Positions 11,235 to 19,900 of a DNA stretch of 64,000 nt are shown in pieces. The stretch's first letter is position 1. Each line of letters starts with the position of its first letter. The stretch lies in IMG/VR virus record IMGVR_UViG_3300023109_001645. One strand, 5' to 3'. The stretch is from an uncultured virus (IMG/VR IMGVR_UViG_3300023109_001645) (Duplodnaviria; Heunggongvirae; Uroviricota; Caudoviricetes). The position numbers and the translations under genes are program-made. The notes under the pieces were generated by a model. That model did not search any database. It saw only the letters and a list, made by a program, of their open reading frames with translations, and was not told the DNA's origin.

Positions 11235-12179
11235 CTATTTTTTATTTTTAGTTATAGCTTTTTTTACAGATTTAATAATAACTTCTTCTACCTTTTCATT
11301 CATCTGCATAATACCTTCATTGTGTCTGTCGGAAAATTCGTCTATAGTAATTCTTATAGGACTATAAATTCTTGCTCCTTCGCCCATGTCTAGAATATCA
11401 AATGATTTTTCGTTAGGGTAAGAAACATTTTCTTTAAATGTACTTCCTACTACTATAGTTGCAGGTATATTCAAAGAATATGCCAAATGCTGACCTACAC
11501 TGTCGCAACCTAAAAAATAATCAGCTTGGTCAATAATTGCTGTCCATGTTCTTAGGTCAACGCCTTGAGGTATTGCAACTGGTTCCGTTATTCCATGTTT
11601 TGAAAATTCTAATGCTACTTCACCCATAAAAATAATAGCATAATCTTTGGATAATTCTTTTACAAGATTAATAACAGTTGTTGCTTCAAAACTTCTTCCG
11701 CTGAAGTCTGTAATTATTCCATTTTCACTTATTACGCCACGTCCAAACGGTTGTATTACTATGGCTTTTTCTTTGCTGGTTTTATCTTTTACTTCTTTGA
11801 CCACTTGTGCTGCTGAAATTTTTTCTTGCTTGCTAAGTTTTATTGTGGGTTTAGGAAGATCTCTTACACCTTTATTATTAATTTCAATATCATATGCTTG
11901 TGATAGATTTGCTTGTTGATTATAGTATTCCCACACTCTGTATGGTTCAGGACTTACTAATTCCATGTCTTTTAATTTATCTTCAAACAAATTTTTGTGC
12001 CATACATCATATGCTTTTGCATGCAACAATGGATGTCCTTTATAAAAATCAGTGCCGCCTTCACATACAATAATAAAATTATTGTCAGGATTTTCTTCTG
12101 CAAATTTTTCTAATGCAGGTATACTACATACTACACGACCGGCGCCGCCGTTAATAAAAAACGCTTTATTTCTTGACAT
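11235..12179 (-). CDS. Glycosyltransferase, GT9 (heptosyltransferase)-like
   Basis: N-terminal GGAGRVVCSIPAL, central IVIQPFG and C-terminal FLGCDSVGQHLA, resembling the GT9 DSG..HLA motif. Alternative start at 12191. Confidence 0.65.
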   Translation of the reverse strand: MSRNKAFFINGGAGRVVCSIPALEKFAEENPDNNFIIVCEGGTDFYKGHPLLHAKAYDVWHKNLFEDKLKDMELVSPEPYRVWEYYNQQANLSQAYDIEINNKGVRDLPKPTIKLSKQEKISAAQVVKEVKDKTSKEKAIVIQPFGRGVISENGIITDFSGRSFEATTVINLVKELSKDYAIIFMGEVALEFSKHGITEPVAIPQGVDLRTWTAIIDQADYFLGCDSVGQHLAYSLNIPATIVVGSTFKENVSYPNEKSFDILDMGEGARIYSPIRITIDEFSDRHNEGIMQMNEKVEEVIIKSVKKAITKNKK

Positions 12180-12252
12180 ATTTAATTCCATTCTAAGTTA
12201 ACTATGCATTTATTTATTAGTCGGCATATTTAAAACGGAAGTAAACTGAACT

Positions 12253-12278
12253 AAAAAAAGACGCAAAATGCGCCTTTT
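12253..12278 (-). terminator. Rho-independent terminator after the Cys/Gly cassette
   Basis: Minus strand reads AAAAGGCGCA-TTT-TGCGTCTTTTTTT, a stem followed by a U-run. Confidence 0.7.
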
Positions 12279-12299
12279 AATATTAGATTTTGATGGATA

Positions 12300-13265
12300 T
12301 TAATCTGCGTCTGGATAACTGTCTAGTGCGTTTGAATGACTATCATTTCGATCATTGTTCTCAACCGGATTTCTAATCATCGTAATTTTATGCGGTGCTA
12401 CAGTTGCAATTTTAGACATATTAAATGTTGCACCAGAACCTGCAGAATTTGTTGTGTAATAAACACCTGTATACGATCCAGCTAAAGGATGATAATCATA
12501 ACAGTGTTTAGCTGAACTTGTAAACTTTACAATTCCTCCTGCATCATTAATTTCTGACACAGTTAACAAAATATCTGCTGCACTGGCACCGTTTTTAAAT
12601 GCAGGATCAGATATTAATATACCGTCACCGACACTATATCCTGTTCCGGCTGCTGATGCAGTTATAATCCAAGATGCTCCACAATGCTCCGGCAGTTCTC
12701 TCAAATACCTTTTATACTTAGCTACCAAGTTATACAAACTTGTTGGCATATCTTCGCTTAAACGATGATCTGCATTATGTAAAGCTTTGTTTCTTGTAGT
12801 AAGAAATTCTGCCCAAGTCTCGATTGGCGGATGCCACGGAAATGGCTCAACAAACCTTTCAGCTGCAAAATCATACACGATTTCTTCTTTTTCATATACG
12901 TGATCTGGCAACATTGGGTCATTTCTAACATAGGGTAGTGCTGAACCTGGAATATCTTCGCTTGAAGTTGGCATTGCTTCGACATCAAATCTTCCGTATT
13001 GGGGGAATAAAGAACACATAAGTGGATTAACATTGCAATCCACTTCTACAGCATAATCGTTGTCTGGCTGGTTGTTAAATTCGCCATCTTGCCAAATAGA
13101 TTCTTCAATAACTCTGCCAGTTACTTTTCCTGTAGTCCTGTCAACTACAATATATTTTTTATCAGGACCTTCATAAGTAATTGTTGCTGTAGAGTTATTG
13201 TTGTTAGTTTGCGAATACTGATCATCAGTTACGTTGTAAGTAAACTCTTTTGTAATTGTTGCCAT
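12300..13265 (-). CDS. Tail fibre assembly (Tfa)-like protein with an extra C-terminal fibre-type module
   Basis: W...L..RN..L...D......P......Y...LRELP motif. Paralog of 14821-15468. C-terminal AGTGYSVGDGILIS module. Confidence 0.6.
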   Translation of the reverse strand: MATITKEFTYNVTDDQYSQTNNNNSTATITYEGPDKKYIVVDRTTGKVTGRVIEESIWQDGEFNNQPDNDYAVEVDCNVNPLMCSLFPQYGRFDVEAMPTSSEDIPGSALPYVRNDPMLPDHVYEKEEIVYDFAAERFVEPFPWHPPIETWAEFLTTRNKALHNADHRLSEDMPTSLYNLVAKYKRYLRELPEHCGASWIITASAAGTGYSVGDGILISDPAFKNGASAADILLTVSEINDAGGIVKFTSSAKHCYDYHPLAGSYTGVYYTTNSAGSGATFNMSKIATVAPHKITMIRNPVENNDRNDSHSNALDSYPDAD

Positions 13266-13277
13266 TATTATTTCCTA

Positions 13278-14051
13278 TTAGTAAAAGAGGACATATACCA
13301 TGCCTCCGGCTCCGTGTTCGCCTGCGCAGCATTGATTATCATATTTATTTGCAGAAAGCCCGCCGCCGCCTGGGAACATTCCACAACCGCAATCAGCATG
13401 CCATGATCTACAATTGCCTGGACCAGGTCGGAACCCACCTGCTGTAAATGGAGCATTTGCTGTTACTGAATATGCATTACCGAAGCAATATTGATTGGGG
13501 TGTATACCACCATTTGTTCCACCTATGTGTAAATCTGGAGTTGCGTTGCTGCTTGAACAGCCGCTTCGTCCTCCGCAACAAAAACACATTGAACAACAGT
13601 CATAACAGCTGCCATGGAACTGACACCTGCGACATACTGATACAGACATTCCTCCGCACAAGCAATATTTCCATGATGGGCTTCCGCCTCCGCCGTTGCT
13701 ACAGATATAAGTCGAACAACCTTCTGCGCCGTTTCCTTCACTAGGATCTACACATCTGTTGCTGCCGCCAGCACAAATTGTAAATGTATCTCCTGGGTTT
13801 ACACTTGTTGATTTAATTGCATACCCGCCAGATCCAGCGCCGCCGCCTTGTTGACAACAACATACTCCGCCGCCGCTTCCGCCGCCGCTCCACATTTCAA
13901 AAACTGCATAACTTTTTCCTGCAGGCACTGTCCATAAGAGGCAACAGCCCCCGTTGGCTCTACCCCTGTCAGTATGAGTAACTGTGAATTCTCCAGGAAC
14001 AATTGCTGTTCCTTCTTCATATCCCCATAAATAATCTCTTAAATTTGCCAT
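13278..14051 (-). CDS. Cys/Gly-rich adhesin-like virion protein (paralog 3)
   Basis: GGCC.WTVPAG, EMWSGGGSGGG.CCC, PGGGG and G.GG.V.V.Y motifs. About 10% Cys. Confidence 0.6.
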   Translation of the reverse strand: MANLRDYLWGYEEGTAIVPGEFTVTHTDRGRANGGCCLLWTVPAGKSYAVFEMWSGGGSGGGVCCCQQGGGAGSGGYAIKSTSVNPGDTFTICAGGSNRCVDPSEGNGAEGCSTYICSNGGGGSPSWKYCLCGGMSVSVCRRCQFHGSCYDCCSMCFCCGGRSGCSSSNATPDLHIGGTNGGIHPNQYCFGNAYSVTANAPFTAGGFRPGPGNCRSWHADCGCGMFPGGGGLSANKYDNQCCAGEHGAGGMVYVLFY

Positions 14052-14064
14052 TTATAATCTTTCC

Positions 14065-14814
14065 TTACGAAGCTACACTATAATAAATTGATATTAATCC
14101 GCCTGCGCCTGGAGCTCCGCACACCACGCTTGTGCTGCTTGCTACTGCGCTTGCGCCTCCTCCGCCGGGCCACTGTGCATTACCGCCGACACCAACACCG
14201 CTGTCGTGAGTACAATAAGACATTGTTCCTCGTGCGCCGCCTGGCGTGTATGGGGCTGATGGCATGTAGCCTTGTGCATTTGCTCCACACATTGGACTTC
14301 CTTTTGCTGTACCGTTTACACCGCACATTCCAAAAGTTCCCGTCCATGATCCACATTGATATTGGGTGCAAAATTGACAAGTACAGTTAATCTGGAAGTA
14401 GCATCTGCCGTAGCCTTTGCCTCCGCCTGATGCACAAACTTGCACTGCGCCTCCGTTAACATTTACATAACTTGGAAATCCTACACATCCTTGGCAATCT
14501 TGTTGACTGCATCCTGTTGTACCTGCTGCACACATAGTAAACTGTTCACCAGCTGTTAAGCCTGTCATAATTTTTCTAGCATATGATCCTGAACCGCCAG
14601 GCCATCCTGATTTACAACAACAGTGTCCAGCTCCGCCGCCTCCGCCGCCCCACAATTCTACACCCAGCCAAGTTACGCCTGCTGGTATTGTAAACAAACA
14701 ACATTGGCCACCATTATTTTGCGTTGTCTTGTTAGTGTTGAAAATATGGAGTTCGGTTATGGTTGCTGCTCCGCCTCCTTCGCCTATTCCTAATAATGTT
14801 CTTAAGCCTGCCAT
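14065..14814 (-). CDS. Cys/Gly-rich adhesin-like virion protein (paralog 2)
   Basis: Same scaffold: CCLFTIPAG, ELWGGGGGGAGHCCC, WPGGGG. Confidence 0.6.
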   Translation of the reverse strand: MAGLRTLLGIGEGGGAATITELHIFNTNKTTQNNGGQCCLFTIPAGVTWLGVELWGGGGGGAGHCCCKSGWPGGSGSYARKIMTGLTAGEQFTMCAAGTTGCSQQDCQGCVGFPSYVNVNGGAVQVCASGGGKGYGRCYFQINCTCQFCTQYQCGSWTGTFGMCGVNGTAKGSPMCGANAQGYMPSAPYTPGGARGTMSYCTHDSGVGVGGNAQWPGGGGASAVASSTSVVCGAPGAGGLISIYYSVAS

Positions 14815-14820
14815 TTTATA

Positions 14821-15468
14821 TTAATCCTCTGGTGTCGCTGGCATGTTTACTTTCCATGCTTCAATTTCATCCGCATCACCGTAGTTAAAAGTTGCTGGTA
14901 AATCTCTTAGTGCCTGTCTATAGGTTATCCAAGGTTGTTTAATAGCGTCTGGCTGATCTGGTGATATCTTGCCGTCTGTTGCTGTTAGTGCGCCGTTTCT
15001 AGCATCAATTATCTGATCCCAGGTAACATGAGGTTCTACCAAACTTCCAAGATCCCACGAACTTCCGTCGTGTACTAATTCTTGCATATTGTATGTTTGA
15101 CCTAATGTAGCAACACTGTTGTACACACATGTAGATCCATCTGGTAAATTATCTGTTGTTTCAGTGACATCTGCGTATGTTACTTCATATTCTCTTATTA
15201 TAGAAATAACAATAGGGTCATCTGCTGCTACAACTTCAACTTTACGATGATTTATCGGAGTTGGAACATCTGCTCCGTCTTCGACAGAAGTTAGCGGTGG
15301 TTGAATATCGCTAAAAAGTCCCGTAGTAGAATCTACAAAAACCCAAATTCTGTCTGGGCCTGTGTAAGTTGCTGTTGCTGTTCTAGCTAATGAAGTACTT
15401 GTACTATACAGAACATCTGCAATGTTGTAAGTAAAAGTTTCTGTTGTTGTTGTAATTGGTGTTGGCAT
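14821..15468 (-). CDS. Tail fibre assembly (Tfa)-like protein
   Basis: C-terminal W..I...RN..L..TD....PD.P......W..YRQALRDLP motif. Confidence 0.7.
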   Translation of the reverse strand: MPTPITTTTETFTYNIADVLYSTSTSLARTATATYTGPDRIWVFVDSTTGLFSDIQPPLTSVEDGADVPTPINHRKVEVVAADDPIVISIIREYEVTYADVTETTDNLPDGSTCVYNSVATLGQTYNMQELVHDGSSWDLGSLVEPHVTWDQIIDARNGALTATDGKISPDQPDAIKQPWITYRQALRDLPATFNYGDADEIEAWKVNMPATPED

Positions 15469-15480
15469 TCTTAAATCCTC

Positions 15481-16230
15481 TTATTGGTATGATACTTTAA
15501 CTAGGCCTTGGGAGCCATGCTGACCATGACAGTAGCCGCCGCCACAGCTTCTAGCTGATGAGCCACCGCCTGCGGGCCAAGATGGAACTGTACACTTATG
15601 ATAAGGGCCACTGCCGCTTGGTTCTTTAGCACAAAACGATGATGTTTTACTTTCTGATCCAAAACCGCCTGCAGTCATCATGTGTATATCGGTATTACAG
15701 TGACAAGTAACAATACTCGTTCCACCTGTTCCATCCATCACAATGTCTCCTAAACCAGTTCCTGATAACAGTCCCCAACAGCATATATATCCATAACAAA
15801 ATCCGCCTCTTGTCATCTGTGAGCAGCCGCCTGTGCCGCCGACAGCACAACCTATTGTTGTGTTTGCTGTAATATCAAAGACATAACTAGGATTTGCTCT
15901 AGGTTGTATTCCACAACATCCTCCACAGCCAGTTGAACCAGCTGCACAGATTCTGTACTGACAGCCTGCTGCTGTTGAAATTGTTTTGAGAGCATACGAC
16001 CCGCCTGTGGCCATAGTTCCTGCTCGTTCACAACATCTTGCTCCGGCGCCGCCTCCGCCTGCACCCCACATCTCAAATGATATGCTGGTAAAACCTGCAG
16101 GTACTGTAAACAAACAGCAACAGCCGCCGGCGCCGGCACCGGTGTCGGTATTTCTAACATAAAATACCGTGTTAGGATTACCAATTGGTTGTGGCGATAA
16201 GTCTGATAAAAGTGAACGTAATGATGCCAT
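15481..16230 (-). CDS. Cys/Gly-rich adhesin-like virion protein (paralog 1)
   Basis: Same scaffold: CCCLFTVPAG, EMWGAGGGGAG.RCC, WPAGGG. Confidence 0.6.
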   Translation of the reverse strand: MASLRSLLSDLSPQPIGNPNTVFYVRNTDTGAGAGGCCCLFTVPAGFTSISFEMWGAGGGGAGARCCERAGTMATGGSYALKTISTAAGCQYRICAAGSTGCGGCCGIQPRANPSYVFDITANTTIGCAVGGTGGCSQMTRGGFCYGYICCWGLLSGTGLGDIVMDGTGGTSIVTCHCNTDIHMMTAGGFGSESKTSSFCAKEPSGSGPYHKCTVPSWPAGGGSSARSCGGGYCHGQHGSQGLVKVSYQ

Positions 16231-16233
16231 GAT

Positions 16234-16560
16234 TTAGGTTCCTGTAATTACCCAACCGTATGTAGCTCCTGTATAAACTAATACAGTTGCTGAGTTGTTA
16301 ATATCAATTGTTAAATTTTCTGCAGAGCTTTGAATATTTGCTCCATTTCTTGCGACTGTGATATTGCTGCCAGCTGCGTTACCACCGACGTCAACTATTT
16401 GTACAGTATCTCCTGATACTGCATCTGATGATATAGGCAGTGTAATTGTGATACCACCTGAGGTACACAATACCCTATCATTTGTTTTTGCTTGATAGCT
16501 AACAGCAGTTACAACATTAGTTGTTGCATATGATGCTGTGCTTGTAATATATCTTCCCAT
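16234..16560 (-). CDS. Small fibre-type protein
   Basis: ITITLP....GD.V.IVD.......NITVARNG..I......LVYTG.TYGW, a domain common in T4-like long tail fibre proteins. Confidence 0.6.
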   Translation of the reverse strand: MGRYITSTASYATTNVVTAVSYQAKTNDRVLCTSGGITITLPISSDAVSGDTVQIVDVGGNAAGSNITVARNGANIQSSAENLTIDINNSATVLVYTGATYGWVITGT

Positions 16561-16587
16561 AATATGTTGTTCCTTCGTTACTTGTAT

Positions 16588-16905
16588 TTATGCTGTTGTT
16601 TCAATTCCGAACGCTACAGCAGTTACATTTGCTTGCGAGGAACGTACTACGATCTTCTGCGTTGCAGCTAGTACAATACCAGTGCGTTCTAATATGTTTT
16701 TTGGTAATAATTCAGTTTCAAACTCAATATATTCACCTAGTGTAGGAGCATCTAAATCAGCAATTGCAACGTTAATTACAGTAGGTTGGTTACCCCTGTT
16801 AACAATGTTTAAACTTGCCACGGTATATATGTCCGCCGGCGTAGTGTAAACCGTTGTGTTTGTGCCTGCTGCGATATCAGCTCCTGCTAATCTACCTGTG
16901 GCCAT
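16588..16905 (-). CDS. Small virion structural protein (paralog family A)
   Basis: 105 aa, ERTGIVLAATQKIVV. Resembles 27632-27961 and 34539-34871. Confidence 0.55.
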   Translation of the reverse strand: MATGRLAGADIAAGTNTTVYTTPADIYTVASLNIVNRGNQPTVINVAIADLDAPTLGEYIEFETELLPKNILERTGIVLAATQKIVVRSSQANVTAVAFGIETTA

Positions 16906-16920
16906 TTTCTTTTATCTCCG

Positions 16921-19900
16921 TTATTGTTGTAAGAAGTAATTCATAGCTACCGGCGAACCACTTATGCCGCCTGTATAATTTACCTTCTGTAATATATTTA
17001 TCTGATTGCCTGTTGTTGTTGTTATTTCTTGCCCACTAATTAGTACTGAACCAGCTGTAATGCTGTTAACATTAAGTTCGCCAGCGCCGCCACCAATTTG
17101 TGAAGCAATATAAGTTTTAATTGCTTTTTGTGTTGGAACAATATTATCACTATTAGCAGTAAACGTACCGTCTACACTAAATTCAGTAATAGTTGCTCCA
17201 GTGCCGCCGAGCTCAACTGCACCTAGTGATAGTTCTTGTAGTCCACTAATATTAAATGCGTCTGCATTTAGTGTAGCAGTACCTGTCGACTGTTCAACGT
17301 TGAACAGACCGCCAACTCTAAAGTTACCGTCTTGGTCAGTGGTAGTGTAGAATACTCGTCCGCCTCCGCCAACAAACGTTTCTTTTGTTGGGTCAATTGG
17401 ATTGACTGGAACACCTGGATAGTTAGTATCTGTAAAATTACCAGTACCAATATCTAAGAAATCATGTCCTGTTAGACGTACTTGAGAATATCTAATACGC
17501 ATTGTAACATCGTCATCGTGTTCCATTGCTTGTGTAGTAGTTATTTCTGGACTTAGTTGAAGTTGTGCATCAAACGGTCCAGTACCTGTTAAATCTCTTA
17601 CATTAACTAGTTTGAAATATTCTCCAGGTATGTCTGCAAATTCGATATTTGAACCAGGTAATGGTGCAGCACTTAAATTTGTAACTCTAACCAATGTTCC
17701 CGGCTGATATAAATCAGCAAATCCGTCACCTGTCAACTCTGCACTAGCTGTAACAAATCCGCTACCTCTGCTAGTCCAAGTTGGCTGTTTTAGTACTCCG
17801 TTGCCTATTCTAACAGTGTGCGGAACATCAACAGTATTATTTGGATCTGTAGTTGTTAGTACAGGAGCAGTGGTATAACCTGTGCCTGGATCCCATATAC
17901 TAATCATTGTAATTGCACCGTCACTTACTGTTGCACGACCTTTGGCAGTATCTGCATACAATCCGCTCGATGGTGCTGCAAATGTTACTCTTGGTTCGAT
18001 ACTATAATTTGTGGTATCATTCAGTGTTGCTTCAATTGCAACTCCTGTAACATGATCCCAACCAGCAGTATCGTCACTCATTTTCTTAACTGTAGCAATT
18101 TTTGTGCCGCTATTGTATGTGTCAATATAAGCATATTGTCCAGCGCCTACACCTGTTGTCAAGTAAATTGCCATTCCTACATACTGGCTACTCAATCTAC
18201 CATCTGTATTTGACAGTGTAATTTGAGTAGTATTACCTTGCTGAGCAACGTTTGCTGCGTCAAGATATCCTGTGCCACCTTTGTTATCAGCTGGATCAGT
18301 GAGCCTAACTTCAAATACGCCGCCGTTGGATATTTGCGCATTATCAACTGCTGCACCAAAGCCTTCGCCGGTAACAGTAAATTCAGTTGCATCGCCAATT
18401 GTAGCAACATCAAAAGTAAAGTCTGGTGCGCCACCGCCGCCTAGTAAACTGTCTGCAATAGTAATTACATCAGATGCTGCATGTCCGCTGCCGCCTTTGT
18501 TAATAACTACTGTACATAACCCGTTGTCGTCGACAATAATATCAAACTCTTGTCCTGTTCCGCTTGCGCTGGAAGAGCCACTTACATCGTAATATGTTCC
18601 TTTTGTTCTAGATGAGTTTGCAGCGCCGATATTTGTAATAGTACGTAGCGCATCAGTAGCAGTTGTATAGTTTTGTCCTGCGTTTGCATACTCTAATACC
18701 AATACATTGTTACCGTCTGTTAGTACGCTGTGTACAATTGCGTCAAAATACTGATTTGTAACCTTACCAGTAACTGGAACTTCTGTAGAGTCAATACCTT
18801 CTGCAACTGTACCAAATGCACCATATGAGCTGTTACCGTTAGTAGCACGAATCTTACCGCCATTCTCTGCTAAGTAACCAATGTGTCCATAGTATGAGAA
18901 CACACTAACAAGTTCTGTTCTTCCTAAGTTAGTACACCATACACCAATTCCGTCTGATATAATTTGTGTAAAGTCGTTAGCAACAATACTATCATTACCG
19001 CCATCATGTAAGTCGCCGTCAATTTTACAACCAACACAACCAGTACCAAACGTTGTTACGTTTTGTACATATGGAGATTTGTTAATGATCCATGCATCTG
19101 TGTGTGCTGGACCCCAACCTGGATCTAAACTTACAAATGCGCCTGCTGTTGGACGTTTGGTTCCGTATGCATTTGCAGAACCTAGTGTTCCTGACAATCC
19201 ATTTACAGTGCAATTTCTTAAACCTGTACCATTGCGCATGTAGAACATATCTTCTGTTGTTGATCCGCTTACAGCGTTTGTATAGTAACGTGCATACAAC
19301 AATGACTTATAGTTACCAGTATAAATTAAATCATGTTTAATTGCATCAATATATCTGTTTACATCTCTACGACATTTGTCTTCTTCGTATACATATGCAG
19401 GATAAGCATCAGCAATAAATGCAATGGCTTCTTCAACTAAAAATGTTCTATTTAATTCAAGTGTTTCAACAGCATATGTATAGTCTGTTGTTGTGTTCGG
19501 AGTATTTGATCCGTATGATACTGGAACGGTACTATCTCCAGATGCACCGTTGACTTCATAATCTATGTAATCATAAATTTGTTGCCACAACTCTGTTGCA
19601 AAAGTACCAGCGGCTGCTGCGCCTGCTGGACTTGTAGTAACCGGATTTTGAGCGTTTCCTGTAGTTTTAGTAACTGATGCTTGTGTAATAATATTACTAG
19701 TAATTGCTTGTAATCTAGCAATTGCAGCAAGAGTGTAAGTAGTATCGCTTGAATCAACTAATGAACCTGCTGGAGCAATACGTGTTGAACGTAATTCATC
19801 TCCTATAACTGCTGTATTTTCAGGAACAATAATTGGTAATACTTCACTAAAGTTGCCTGTTTTAACAAATATACTGTGTTGTGGTTTAACTGATGCCGGA

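Noticed and set aside
13278..16230. Diversity-generating retroelement acting on the Cys/Gly paralogs
   Set aside because: No reverse transcriptase in the window, and no near-identical TR/VR pair differing only at adenines was seen.
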